From: an uncultured Prevotella sp.
GTDB taxonomy: Bacteria > Bacteroidota > Bacteroidia > Bacteroidales > Bacteroidaceae
NCBI GenBank assembly: GCA_944320305.1
Contig: CALUGW010000003.1
Location: 45,372-109,371, forward strand
Length of the DNA stretch: 64,000 nt
Reading direction: 5' to 3'
Shown here piece by piece: positions 1-9,912 of this stretch. A program made the translations under genes and the position numbers. Positions within the stretch are counted from its first letter, which is position 1. Each line of letters opens with the position of its first letter. The notes under the pieces are model-generated. The model was not told where the DNA came from. It was given only the letters and a program-made list of their open reading frames with translations, and ran no database searches.

Positions 1-1082
1 TTTGCCTCGGAGTTCAGCTCGATCACCTTGGCCTCAATACTGTTGAGCAAACGCAGCTGGTTCATATGGCGCAGAGTCAGGTCGGCCGAGGCGTATCTGC
101 GCCATTGCTCATCGCGCGCGGCAACCGCCCTGCACAGAATGTCCACCAGTTTTTCTTCCGCAAGGCTGCATATAAGGCCGCGCTTGGGCGACCTTGCCGT
201 AGCCCAAGCGCCGGAGTCGCCCATACAGGCCTCCACCCTCTTGCCCACAATGTCGTCGCTGAATATCCCATTCTGAAGTTTTATGAAGAAGCCGCAGACG
301 CCGTTCTTCCCGTAAGCGAGGTCTGTATATTCAAGACCTCCGGCAGCAAGGGCGTCGTCGAACTCTCTGCAGAAGCCCAGCATCTTGCTTTTTGCCGACG
401 CCTTGATGCGGTTGAGACTGCCAACATAATCCTCATAAAAGCCGCTTTGGGCAAACTTTTCCGCCAGCACATCGCGCGACTCTCTGTAGAAGTCCTTGAA
501 TATTGTCGTGCCAAACGACTTGATCGCCCCTATGACATTCCAGCTTTTGTCTTCCGAGATGCTGTCATTAATGTATTTTATAATCCAGTGCAGCAGCTTG
601 TCGTTGGCTCTCAGGTCGTCAATCAGCTTGTCCACTGCCATGCTTTCCACCTGATAATCGTTAAGCTCTACCCGCAGATTGGCAGACAGGTCAAGCTCTC
701 TTGCAAGGTTCCTAAGCACGCTCTGGAAGAAGGAGTCTATTGTCTCTATGCGGAAATTGCTGTAGTTGTGAAGCAGCAGCCGCAACGCCTCGCCCGCCCG
801 CTTTGACGCAAACGCCGGCGAGACGTCAAGATCTGAGCACACCAGGGCTGCATAAGACTTCGAGTCGGGCAGCTGTTTCCATATTCCGTACAACTGGCTC
901 AGGATTCGTGTCTTCATCTCTTCCGTGGCCTTGTTGGTAAACGTGACAGCGAGAACGGCCTTGAAGTCAAGCGGATTCTGTATCAGAAGTTTTATGTATT
1001 CTGCCGTGAGGGTGAACGTCTTGCCGCTGCCGGCGCTCGCCTTGTAGACAGTCAGCGGCGTGTTGCGTGTTGTTGTGTTCAT
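1..1082 (-). CDS. UvrD/AddA-like ATP-dependent helicase, N-terminal part (runs off window)
   Basis: Manual translation from ATG at 1082 gives MNTTTRNTPLTVYKASAGSGKTFTLTAEYIKLL...LAVTFTNKATEEMKTRIL, i.e. Walker A and motif Ia of AddA/RecB-type helicases. Not in the ORF track because the stop lies outside the window. Confidence 0.9.
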   Translation of the reverse strand, partial: MNTTTRNTPLTVYKASAGSGKTFTLTAEYIKLLIQNPLDFKAVLAVTFTNKATEEMKTRILSQLYGIWKQLPDSKSYAALVCSDLDVSPAFASKRAGEALRLLLHNYSNFRIETIDSFFQSVLRNLARELDLSANLRVELNDYQVESMAVDKLIDDLRANDKLLHWIIKYINDSISEDKSWNVIGAIKSFGTTIFKDFYRESRDVLAEKFAQSGFYEDYVGSLNRIKASAKSKMLGFCREFDDALAAGGLEYTDLAYGKNGVCGFFIKLQNGIFSDDIVGKRVEACMGDSGAWATARSPKRGLICSLAEEKLVDILCRAVAARDEQWRRYASADLTLRHMNQLRLLNSIEAKVIELNSEA

Positions 1083-1122
1083 AAGCCAAAAGTTTTTTAT
1101 CAATCAGGACTATTCATGGCGG

Positions 1123-3138
1123 TCACCATTTCCTGAACAGCTCGAACGAGAACTTACTGCCAATCTCGTGGAAGTCGCCGTTGAGGAAACTGCAGAACAG
1201 CCCGACCGAGAAATAGCGGTTTGTCAGCCCGTAGCCCAGCTCGGTGTAAGGCCGCGTGTGCTCTATCTGCAGACTGCTCGCGTAGAGCCGCTCAGTCTCG
1301 ATGTATCTCCCCACAAACGGAATCCACGTGAGCAGCAGCAGCGGCGAGCTGTAGGACGCGTTCACGCGGAAGTAATAGCGGGAGGCGTTGTACCACTGGC
1401 TGTTCAGCAGCTGGAAGTCGCCCGCCATGTCGTCGTTCCAGCCGCCGGGAATGTAGTCTGCATGGAAATTGCTGAAGTCTACGAAATAGTCCGACGACTT
1501 GTTTGTGTAGAATCCGCCGCCCGCCCTGATGTTGAGCTGCCTCAGACTGGCCAGCTCTTTTTTCATCGAAGCGTCAAACTCCCACCTTTCGTATTTGATG
1601 TTTGAGCCCAACACGTCTGTCAGACTTCTCTCGTAGTTTGCCGTAAACGTGGGGCCTGACGGATAAGGGCTGACGGTCAGCTTTACAAACGGGGCGAAGC
1701 TGCTGTACTCCGTCGGCTTGCCGGCGGCGCGCATAGACGCCTTGTCCACGGCCGTGCGCCTGTGGTAATTGCAGCCAACGGCCACCTCAATGCGCTCGGT
1801 GAGCCGCAGGTTTCCCGTCAGACTGAGCTGCTCGTCGTCAAAATAGTCAAGATTGAGCGCGGTGAAATCTATCGTGTCGCGGTCCTCCTCCTTGATCATG
1901 TCGAGCACGCTTGAGTTTGTAATCCTGTTTCCGTTGGCCCACGACAGCTCCACCCAGCCGTTGCGCCTGAGACTGAACGTGTAGCGGAGCGGCACGCTGA
2001 AGAAGAACTTCTTTATCTTGAAGTTGTATCCCAACCGGGGCGCAAGGCTAAGAATCCGGTTGTTGCTGAATGTGTAACGCGCTCCGATGTCCATCTTGTA
2101 GGCCAGTCCGCGGCTGTTGCTGTAGCTCATGTACAGGGGGTTGAACAGCGGCGAGAGTGTCACTGAGGCGTTCTTCATGTCGGCCCGCTGCCTACTCAGC
2201 AGGAAATCGTCTATGGCGTTCCACGCCTTGTCGGCAATCTTGCGGCCTTTGCGCTCCGGCTTCTTTTCCGACGAGTCCGCCACTGCCGGCCGGGGCTTGT
2301 GCTCCTCATAAATGCCGGCCTCCATCCTGTCGAGCGGCACAGGCCTCAGACTGTCGGCAGACAGCTCCGCCGCTGCCGGGCCGGCAGGCAGTTTAACGCC
2401 AAAATCAACGTAGAACCTGCCCCTCAAGTCGTTGCCCATGAAACGGAACGTGGCCCTGGAGTCGCAGCGCACCGGCAACAGCGCGTGCGGCCCGTCCTGA
2501 GCGCCCATCACCACATTGACCTCGAACGACATCATGTCGTACTCGCCGTGAAAGCGCGTGCGCAGTATCCGGCCTGTCAGGCGGTCCACAAAGGCGTAGC
2601 CCTCCACCAGCTGTGTGTTGCTCAGTCTGGGAGTGAACGTCACGCACACGTCGCCGCTGCTGCTGAAACTGATGCGGTAGCGGTAGAATATGCGGTTGTC
2701 GTAGTTGAACGGCGAGAGCATATACTTGTCAAACAGCGACTTGCCGTAAAGGTTGGGTATGACGAACCGCATCATAACGTCCATGGCAAGGCGGTTGCCG
2801 GGGATGGTGCTCTTCAGCGTCCGCTGCTCGATGCTGAAGTCGTCAATGCTTCTGAACGTTATCCTGCCCACGTTCTCGCCTATATAGTTACGGCTGCCCC
2901 TGGCTATCGAATACATCGACGGAACAAAGAACAGCGTTGGATTGCGCCTGACAGTGCGGAAAGTGTATTTCAGATAAAAATCGTCTGTGAAGCCCGCCAG
3001 GCTCGGAGCCAGGTTGCGCTGGTATGAAAACAGTCTGTCGATTACCAAAGAGTCACCGGCAACTTTGGCAAAAACAATGCTGGGCATACAAAGAAATATG
3101 CCCAGCATCACCAATATCTCTGCCAGCCGATATTTCAT
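1123..3138 (-). CDS. Predicted outer-membrane beta-barrel protein (DUF5686-like)
   Basis: Signal-peptide-like N-terminus (MKYRLAEILVMLGIFLCMPSIVFA), amphipathic beta strands and an aromatic C-terminal beta-signal (FSFELFRKW). The family name is tentative. Confidence 0.55.
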   Translation of the reverse strand: MKYRLAEILVMLGIFLCMPSIVFAKVAGDSLVIDRLFSYQRNLAPSLAGFTDDFYLKYTFRTVRRNPTLFFVPSMYSIARGSRNYIGENVGRITFRSIDDFSIEQRTLKSTIPGNRLAMDVMMRFVIPNLYGKSLFDKYMLSPFNYDNRIFYRYRISFSSSGDVCVTFTPRLSNTQLVEGYAFVDRLTGRILRTRFHGEYDMMSFEVNVVMGAQDGPHALLPVRCDSRATFRFMGNDLRGRFYVDFGVKLPAGPAAAELSADSLRPVPLDRMEAGIYEEHKPRPAVADSSEKKPERKGRKIADKAWNAIDDFLLSRQRADMKNASVTLSPLFNPLYMSYSNSRGLAYKMDIGARYTFSNNRILSLAPRLGYNFKIKKFFFSVPLRYTFSLRRNGWVELSWANGNRITNSSVLDMIKEEDRDTIDFTALNLDYFDDEQLSLTGNLRLTERIEVAVGCNYHRRTAVDKASMRAAGKPTEYSSFAPFVKLTVSPYPSGPTFTANYERSLTDVLGSNIKYERWEFDASMKKELASLRQLNIRAGGGFYTNKSSDYFVDFSNFHADYIPGGWNDDMAGDFQLLNSQWYNASRYYFRVNASYSSPLLLLTWIPFVGRYIETERLYASSLQIEHTRPYTELGYGLTNRYFSVGLFCSFLNGDFHEIGSKFSFELFRKW

Positions 3139-3189
3139 GACCTCAAAATTAGCGATAAATTCCGAGGCCACAAAATATTATAACTCTTT

Positions 3190-4062
3190 TTAGCCTAAAT
3201 ATTTCATAAGAATCTTGGCATTGCCGCTGTCGCGCAGCTTGGCGATGCTCTTCTCGCGAATCTGGCGCACACGCTCACGGGTCAGGCCGAGCTGGTCGCC
3301 AATCTCCTCAAGCCCCTTCTCATGGCAGCCTATGCCGAAGCACTCGCGGATAATCGTTATCTCGCGCTCCTTGAGCACCTTGTTCAGCACAGAGTTCAAC
3401 TCCTGGGCCATCGACTCGTGGTCCACGTGGCGGTCTGTGCGGCTGTCGTCGCCGCTGGCCATCACATCGAGCATACAGTTGTCCTCGCCGTCCTGGAACG
3501 GAGCGTCTATCGACACGTGGTGGCCGTCGGCCATGAGGCTCTGGCCAATCTTCTCCTCGTCAAGATTGGTGGCCTCGCTAAGCTCCGACACCGACGGATG
3601 GCGCTGGTTCTCCTGCTCGAACTTGTTGATTTCGTGGTTTATCTTGTTGAGCGACCCCACCTGGTTGAGCGGCAGACGCACAATGCGGCTCTGCTCGGCA
3701 ATGGCCTGCAGGATGCTCTGGCGGATCCACCACACGGCGTAAGAAATGAACTTGAAGCCGCGGGTCTCGTCAAATTTCTGGGCGGCCTTTATCAAGCCGA
3801 TGTTGCCCTCGTCAATCAGGTCGGTAAGAGTAAGCCCCTGGTGCTGGTACTGCTTGGCCACCGAGACCACAAAACGCAGGTTGGCGGTGACGAGCTTGTC
3901 CTTGGCGCGCTCGCCCTCCGGGCCGCCCTTGCGGATCTTCTGGGCCAACTCGATTTCCTCATCAATAGAAATCAGCGGGGCACGGCCAATTTCAACAAGA
4001 TACTTGTCCAGTGCCTCACTCGAACGGTTGGTTATACTCTTCTGAATCTTTAATTGCCTCAT
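3190..4062 (-). CDS. rpoD: RNA polymerase sigma factor, RpoD/SigA family (Bacteroidetes short type)
   Basis: NLRFVVSVAKQY, DLIDEGNIGLIKAA, FISYAVWWIRQSI and LTRERVRQI motifs; 290 aa with no region 1.1. Confidence 0.92.
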   Translation of the reverse strand: MRQLKIQKSITNRSSEALDKYLVEIGRAPLISIDEEIELAQKIRKGGPEGERAKDKLVTANLRFVVSVAKQYQHQGLTLTDLIDEGNIGLIKAAQKFDETRGFKFISYAVWWIRQSILQAIAEQSRIVRLPLNQVGSLNKINHEINKFEQENQRHPSVSELSEATNLDEEKIGQSLMADGHHVSIDAPFQDGEDNCMLDVMASGDDSRTDRHVDHESMAQELNSVLNKVLKEREITIIRECFGIGCHEKGLEEIGDQLGLTRERVRQIREKSIAKLRDSGNAKILMKYLG

Positions 4063-4133
4063 ATTTACTTAAGCCTAAATATACCTAACTACCTGATAAT
4101 CAAAATTATAACGAATACACCTTTATAAAGCGG

Positions 4134-4143
4134 TGCAAAGTTA
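4134..4143 (-). promoter_or_regulatory. Bacteroidetes -7 promoter element for the sigma gene
   Basis: Minus-strand TAACTTTGCA matches TAnnTTTG, ~70 bp upstream of the ATG. Confidence 0.7.
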
Positions 4144-4297
4144 TGAAAAATAAGGACAAGTTGCTCGTTTTGACAATGTTTTTTATGTTAAATATTCATA
4201 ATACCATTGTTCGCTCATTCCATCCTCACTCTGGTCAAGACGCAAAAACAGGCCGGACAAAAATGTTTTCTGCCGTTCACATCACCTTAATTTATTA

Positions 4298-4350
4298 ATG
4301 AGTATCCGCAATTTGCCAAATGCACAAATATTCGCATGGCGTGTCTCGCA
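4298..4350. repeat. Dispersed repeat family C (ATCCGCAATTTGCCAA...GGCGTGTCTCGC), single arm
   Basis: Matches the arms of the hairpin at 24688-24840 and the copy at 34685-34726. Confidence 0.7.
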
Positions 4351-4451
4351 TACCATAAACGCATAAATATGCAGCACTGCGGCACTGCAAAAACACCACT
4401 GCAACCGCCTGAAAACACGCTGAAACCGGTATGATAAAACAAGGGCTGCCG

Positions 4452-4550
4452 TTTTGCTTTCCAATATGGGCCATTTCGGCCTCCAAAATGGCCTATATTG
4501 GAAGCCGAAACAGGCCATATTGGAAAGCAAAATGGCCTATCTTGCCAAGC
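4452..4550. repeat. Dispersed repeat family A core (11/22-bp periodic palindromic array)
   Basis: 18-bp inverted repeat TTTTGCTTTCCAATATGG (4452-4469) / CCATATTGGAAAGCAAAA (4515-4532) enclosing GGCC-centred units. Confidence 0.75.
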
Positions 4551-4742
4551 GCTTGACTGTCAGCACGTTACGGACAAGCCGCAAATGGCGCAAAACAAAG
4601 TGGCGCACGTCCTGCCGAAACGGCAAAACGCACGCCACAAACGTTATATTTATTCATTCCTGACGGTATATTTATGCAATGTTTTTTTACGCCGGCTTTC
4701 GCATACGCCACGAACGCCCATACCGCAAGAAACGCTCACGCA

Positions 4743-6143
4743 TTATCGCTCAAATACAACTGTTGTGACAGCCAGCAGCTGCGTTTCTTCACTAAGATAA
4801 GGAATGCGGTCGCTATTACGAAACATCACAGCACCTATTGTCTCTGAATCTTCCTGGTAAAAATGACTTCTTTCAGGATAAAAATGTTTATCGAAGCTTG
4901 AGAAATCCAGCACTATTTCACCCGTATTGCCAAAAATATAGTCACACTCTTCGGCCGTAGGCAACCGCCAGCCGGTCACGCCGTCGGTGCCGTCGGCCAT
5001 TTCTCTGATTGCGGCATCGACTGCGGCCCTCACCGACGCCTGGTCCGCCGCGTCAAATACAAGCCCGGCCTTCTCTTCGGTTGTCATCAGGGTGACAACG
5101 GTCTCAGCCCCGTCTGCCGACGGCTCTGACCTCAGCACATAATACTTGCCCTTGTAAAGCGCGCCTGCGGCCGGGGGCTCATCGTCAATCACGGGGCGTT
5201 GCACTCCGTCGCCGCCGCCGGAATTGTCTTGGCCGGCGTCTCCGCCGGAGACATAAGAGCCCGACTCGTCAAAATCAAAGGAGATGTTTTTCTCGCCATC
5301 CCACGTGGCTCCTATTATTGTTCCGGTCAGGCTCACACCGGCTTTTTCTGTGTATGTGCCGCTTATGTTGACCTTATAGTTCGCCTCAAGTTTCTCGGCG
5401 CATGTGTAAGAATAACTGTGCGTCACTCCGTCCTCGCCGGTCATGCTGACCGTTATGGTGGCCGCTTCCGCTGACGGCTCAAGGCAATAAGCCGCGTCGG
5501 CGCTCTTCCACGTCCGAGTGCCCGCCACGTTCGAAAGCTCCAACGCCACTCCGGCCTGCCCGTCGGTGTATGTGCCGTCGAGACACAGGGTCTCGTGCAG
5601 AGGCTCAATGGTCACGCTGACCGACTTTACCGACACGGGCACCTGGTCTATTTCCACATTCTGAACAAGCATCACCCTGCGCACAAGCGTCAGCGTAAGC
5701 GTGTTCTCGCCGCCGTCAACGAGCGTAACCACATTGCTTGCCGTCATCAGGTCGCCGTGAGACGCCCCGTCAAGCAGCTCTATGGGTGTGGCCGGCGTCG
5801 CTGTTTCCTTGGGTGGCAACGTGTAGCCCGAGGCGTCAGCACCCGCAACCGCACATACATTATACGAGCCTTCAAGCAGGTCTGTTGAAATTTCCGAGTC
5901 GCCCTCGTCCATTGTTTCGACACTGCTGCACTTTCCGCTTTCGTCAAAGACATAGATAAAAATGGGGTAACTGATTTTGGCCTCACCTGCCGTTCCCGCC
6001 AAATCACCGTCACCGGCTCTGGTTCTTATTGTCAATGTGCTGTTCGGTTCCGGCGTATCGTCAGTCAGCACCACTTCTTTTGAACAAGAAACAAGAAGCG
6101 CCGCAATCATGACTGTTAATAGATTATTGGACATTTTTCCCAT
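4743..6143 (-). CDS. Lipoprotein, Mfa/FimB-like fimbrial-type with C-terminal GWRLPT domain
   Basis: Lipobox LLVSC, TIRTRA maturation-type motif, IYVFD..G and GSYNVCAVAG typical of type V pilin folds; C-terminal GWRLPT motif. Confidence 0.6.
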   Translation of the reverse strand: MGKMSNNLLTVMIAALLVSCSKEVVLTDDTPEPNSTLTIRTRAGDGDLAGTAGEAKISYPIFIYVFDESGKCSSVETMDEGDSEISTDLLEGSYNVCAVAGADASGYTLPPKETATPATPIELLDGASHGDLMTASNVVTLVDGGENTLTLTLVRRVMLVQNVEIDQVPVSVKSVSVTIEPLHETLCLDGTYTDGQAGVALELSNVAGTRTWKSADAAYCLEPSAEAATITVSMTGEDGVTHSYSYTCAEKLEANYKVNISGTYTEKAGVSLTGTIIGATWDGEKNISFDFDESGSYVSGGDAGQDNSGGGDGVQRPVIDDEPPAAGALYKGKYYVLRSEPSADGAETVVTLMTTEEKAGLVFDAADQASVRAAVDAAIREMADGTDGVTGWRLPTAEECDYIFGNTGEIVLDFSSFDKHFYPERSHFYQEDSETIGAVMFRNSDRIPYLSEETQLLAVTTVVFER

Positions 6144-6395
6144 GATAGTTATGTTTGATAGATACGGCAAATTTACAAAATCGGCAACAGCATCAAGCCA
6201 TGCCGCCGCTGCTTTTATGACAGATTAACACTTGCAGGCCATAAATACAACCATCCAGCGGACATATCGGAGCTTTATCGTTTTTTATACCACATTCATA
6301 GGAAATACAGAAAAAGCAAACCCTCTGAATTTCGACTGGCAAAAAAAGCTCCAGACCTGAATTTGTGGGTTTGTGAATTTTATCGTATTGATATG

Positions 6396-6435
6396 AAAAA
6401 CTCCCGAAAATCCGTATGTTTCAGGATTTCGGGAG
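6396..6435 (-). terminator. Intrinsic terminator downstream of tRNA-Arg
   Basis: Minus strand CTCCCGAAATCC...GGATTTTCGGGAG followed by TTTTT. Confidence 0.75.
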
Positions 6436-6443
6436 CCTGCCAG

Positions 6444-6517
6444 TGATCCCGTTGGGATTCAAACCCAAGACCTTCAGAACCGGAATCTGACGCTCTATTC
6501 AGCTAAGCTACGGGACC
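6444..6517 (-). tRNA. tRNA-Arg (anticodon CCG)
   Basis: Reverse complement GGTCCCG TAGCTTAGCTGAATAGAGC G TCAGA TTCCGGT TCTGA AGGTC TTGGG TTTGAAT CCCAA CGGGATC A folds as a cloverleaf. No encoded CCA. A -7 box TACCTTTGCA lies at 6527-6536. Confidence 0.96.
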
Positions 6518-6647
6518 AAAACCGGGTGCAAAGGTAGTAAAAAAAAATCTAACGGCCTAATATTTTCACGTTTTATTGCCCCACTGGCTTTGTCAAGAGA
6601 GCTTTATTGCAGCCGGCCAAGGCCAAGGAAGATGGCGTCTGGCGCCA

Positions 6648-7628
6648 TTAATCTTCCAAATCCCAGCCGAGTGCGCTTGCCCCAAGCACGGCCGCCGTCG
6701 AGCCGTCGAGCGCGCTCACAAGGAATTTCGCCTTGCCTCGGAACACCGGCATGACGCTCTCTGCATAGGCGCGGCGTATCGGTTCCATGATAAGCTCACC
6801 GGCCTTGACGAGTCCGCCGAAGAACACGAATGCCTCCGGACTGCAGAATGTTGCGAAATCCGCACAAGCCTGGCCTAACATACGGCCTGTGAACTCAAAT
6901 ATGTCTTTAGCCATTTTGTCACCCTTTCCGGCCGCAATGCTGATGTCGAGCGATGTTATCTTTTCCGGATCAAGCTCACGCAGCAGCGACGGCCTGTCTG
7001 TCGTTGACAGCATCTCGCGCGCCGTCCGCGCCACTCCTGTGGCCGAGCAGTATGTCTCAAGGCAGCCGCGACGCCCGCATCCGCAAGAACGCCCGTTCTC
7101 ACGCACCATAATAACGTGCCCCAGCTCACCGGCAAAGCCGTCGCTCCCATACACCAGCTGGCCGTTGACAACAATGCCGGAGCCAACGCCGGTACCCAAA
7201 GTAATCATTATGAAATTCTTCATACCCTTGGCAACGCCGTATGCCATCTCGCCAAGTGCCGCAGCGTTGGCGTCGTTTGTCAGAGCCACGGGAATGCCAA
7301 GGCTCTGCGAAAACATATCAGCCAAAGGAACAATGCCTTTAGCCCAGGCAATGTTTGCAGCGCGTTCTATTGTTCCGCTGTAGAAGTTGCCGTTGGGCGC
7401 GCCAATGCCCATGCCCTTTATTTTGCCGATGCCTCCCACCTGGTCGATGATAATCTGCAACGCCTCTGTGGCGTTTTTCACAAAATCCTCCGCACTGGCG
7501 CATTCCTGCGTCTTGATGGCAGTGGTGGCTTTTATAATTCCGTGGGCGTCAATAATGCCGAAAACGGCATTTGTGCCTCCGAGATCAAGCCCGAGGACGT
7601 AAGGTTTTATGGTCTGTTCTGCTTCCAT
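6648..7628 (-). CDS. ROK family sugar kinase (glucokinase-like)
   Basis: GLDLGGT, NDANAAALGE, TLGTGVGSG, GELGH and CGCGRRGCLE motifs. Start placed at MEAEQ. Confidence 0.92.
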   Translation of the reverse strand: MEAEQTIKPYVLGLDLGGTNAVFGIIDAHGIIKATTAIKTQECASAEDFVKNATEALQIIIDQVGGIGKIKGMGIGAPNGNFYSGTIERAANIAWAKGIVPLADMFSQSLGIPVALTNDANAAALGEMAYGVAKGMKNFIMITLGTGVGSGIVVNGQLVYGSDGFAGELGHVIMVRENGRSCGCGRRGCLETYCSATGVARTAREMLSTTDRPSLLRELDPEKITSLDISIAAGKGDKMAKDIFEFTGRMLGQACADFATFCSPEAFVFFGGLVKAGELIMEPIRRAYAESVMPVFRGKAKFLVSALDGSTAAVLGASALGWDLED

Positions 7629-7750
7629 GATTGAGTTGTGTGCAATAATTATTTTGTTCTTGACAAAGGTAGCCAAAAACTGCGACAGACCAAATATTTA
7701 AGCCGAAAAACTTGCTCAATTCGTCTTTTTTTGCCAACTTTGCATTCGCT

Positions 7751-8416
7751 ATGCCGTTTCCGATACATATTGACATTCTGAGTTTCATATTCAAGGGCAT
7801 ACTCATTGGCATGATCGCATCAGCTCCAATGGGTCCGGTCGGTGTGCTCTGCGTGCAGCGCACCCTGAACAAAGGGCGGTGGTTCGGCTTTGTAACCGGC
7901 GTGGGCGCAGCATTGAGCGACATTATTTATGCCGGAATCACCGGGCTTGGCATGAGTTTCGTGATGGACATTGTGAACAACCAGCAGAACAAGTTCTACC
8001 TGCAGATTGTGGGCAGCCTGCTGCTTCTGGCCTTCGGTGTCTACACTTACCGCAGCGACCCCACGCGCAACATCCACAAATCGAAAGGCAACCGCGGGTC
8101 GCTGGTACACAACGGCGTTACGGCATTTCTCGTAACATTCTCAAATCCGCTGATCATTTTCCTTTTTCTGGCGTGCTACGCCCAGTTCGCCTTCGTCATG
8201 CCCAACCATCCGTTCGAGATGTTCGTGGGCTTCCTGAGCATATTCGGCGGCGCGCTGCTGTGGTGGTTCGGCCTGACATGGCTCATCGACAAGATACGCG
8301 GGAAGTTCGACGCCAACGGCATAAGAATCATTAACCAGGTCATCGGAGCCGTGGTGATGATTTGCTCGGCCATAATGATCTTCGGAACTGTAACCAACCT
8401 GTACAGGTTTTTCTGA
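7751..8416 (+). CDS. LysE family translocator
   Basis: IASAPMGPVGVLCVQRTL, G..AALSD and SNP motifs; hydrophobic helices. Confidence 0.85.
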   Translation: MPFPIHIDILSFIFKGILIGMIASAPMGPVGVLCVQRTLNKGRWFGFVTGVGAALSDIIYAGITGLGMSFVMDIVNNQQNKFYLQIVGSLLLLAFGVYTYRSDPTRNIHKSKGNRGSLVHNGVTAFLVTFSNPLIIFLFLACYAQFAFVMPNHPFEMFVGFLSIFGGALLWWFGLTWLIDKIRGKFDANGIRIINQVIGAVVMICSAIMIFGTVTNLYRFF

Positions 8417-8424
8417 CAAGAACA

Positions 8425-8967
8425 ATGTTTATAGCTCAAGAACTAAGAAAGAAAAACATTGCCGAATATCTGCTCTATATGTGGCAGATTGAGGACACTA
8501 TACGCGCTTTCGGCTGCTCGCTGTCAAGAATCAGGCGCGAATACATCGACCGCTTTGACTACACCGAGGAGCAGAAAGAAGAAGAGGCAGACTGGTTCGG
8601 CAACCTGATAAGGATGATGAACGAGGAGGGATGCCGCGAGAAAGGCCACCTGCAAATAAACAAGGTGACAATGCAACAGCTCGAGGAACTCCACGCGCAG
8701 CTGCTGCAAAGCTCGCGCTACCCTTTCTACAATACGGAATATTACAAGGTGCTGCCGTTTATTGTGGAGTTGCGCCAGCGTGGCGCGGCAAAAGATGAGA
8801 ATGAGATTGAAACCTGCTTCAATTCTCTTTACGGAGTGATGATGCTCCGACTGGCAAAAAAAACGATAAGCCCTGACACGGAGCACGCGGTAAAGGAAAT
8901 CTCGACTCTGGTCGGAATGCTGAACGATTATTATCTGAAAGACAGGGAAGAACCGCTTGAATTCTGA
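8425..8967 (+). CDS. DUF4924-like conserved Bacteroidales protein
   Basis: MFIAQELRKKNIAEYLLYMWQIED N-terminus recognised as a conserved Bacteroidales hypothetical. Confidence 0.7.
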   Translation: MFIAQELRKKNIAEYLLYMWQIEDTIRAFGCSLSRIRREYIDRFDYTEEQKEEEADWFGNLIRMMNEEGCREKGHLQINKVTMQQLEELHAQLLQSSRYPFYNTEYYKVLPFIVELRQRGAAKDENEIETCFNSLYGVMMLRLAKKTISPDTEHAVKEISTLVGMLNDYYLKDREEPLEF

Positions 8968-9036
8968 TTCCGGCCAGGTCTCACCTTGTTCTTTTATATT
9001 GCAAAATCACAAACGAATTAGGTATAAAAACAGCAA

Positions 9037-9903
9037 ATGAACATACTCATAACAGGCTGCAACGGGCAATTGGGAAACGAAATGCAGCTGATTGAAAAAG
9101 ACAACGGCCATCATATGTTCTTCAACACCGATGTGGCAGACCTTGACATAACAGACCAGCAGGCAGTTGACAAATTCATTGACGGCAATGCCATTGACTG
9201 CGTGATAAACTGCGCGGCCTACACCGCCGTTGACAAGGCTGAAAGCAACCGCGAGCTGTGCACTGCGCTTAACACTGTGGCTCCGGCATATCTGGCCGCT
9301 GCCGTAGAGCGGCGCGGCGGAAGCATGGTGCACATCTCGACTGACTATGTGTTCGACGGAAACGGGCACACACCTTATGCAGAAAGCGACACGCCGTCGC
9401 CCGACAGCGTCTATGGCAGCACAAAACTGGCAGGAGAACTGGGAGCAAGCAAGTTCTGCCACCGCACAATGATAGTGCGCACGGCATGGCTCTACTCCGC
9501 TTTCGGCAGCAATTTCGTCAAGACAATGCTGCGCCTCGGCAAGGAGAAAGACGAGCTGGGCGTGGTCTTCGACCAGATAGGCACGCCAACATACGCCCGC
9601 GACCTGGCCACCGCCATCATGGCAGCGGTCAACAAGGGCATTGTGCCCGGTGTCTATCATTTCTCCAACGAGGGGGTCTGCAGCTGGTACGATTTCACAA
9701 AAGCCATCCACCGTATGGCCGGCATCACCACGTGCCACGTCAGGCCGATTCACACTTCGGAGTATCCCACACCGGCCAGCCGCCCTGCCTACAGTGTGCT
9801 GGACAAGACAAAGATAAAGGAAACATACGGAATTGAGATACCGCACTGGGAGGACAGCTTGAAAGAGTGCCTCGAAAAACTGCTCAGACAAGAAAACAAC
9901 TGA
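9037..9903 (+). CDS. rfbD: dTDP-4-dehydrorhamnose reductase
   Basis: GCNGQLG, NCAAYTAVD, HISTDYVFDG, YGSTKLAGE and DQIGTPT motifs. Confidence 0.95.
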   Translation: MNILITGCNGQLGNEMQLIEKDNGHHMFFNTDVADLDITDQQAVDKFIDGNAIDCVINCAAYTAVDKAESNRELCTALNTVAPAYLAAAVERRGGSMVHISTDYVFDGNGHTPYAESDTPSPDSVYGSTKLAGELGASKFCHRTMIVRTAWLYSAFGSNFVKTMLRLGKEKDELGVVFDQIGTPTYARDLATAIMAAVNKGIVPGVYHFSNEGVCSWYDFTKAIHRMAGITTCHVRPIHTSEYPTPASRPAYSVLDKTKIKETYGIEIPHWEDSLKECLEKLLRQENN

Positions 9904-9912
9904 CACAGACGT

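Noticed and set aside
4282-4800. Short ORFs over intergenic repeats (also 24226-24495, 36504-36868, 51037-51326, 60557-61144)
   Set aside because: They are translations of the palindromic family A element, which is open on both strands, and they lack good start context.
6300-6444. Prophage or ICE attachment at the tRNA-Arg 3' end
   Set aside because: No integrase and no duplicated tRNA 3' end were seen in the window.
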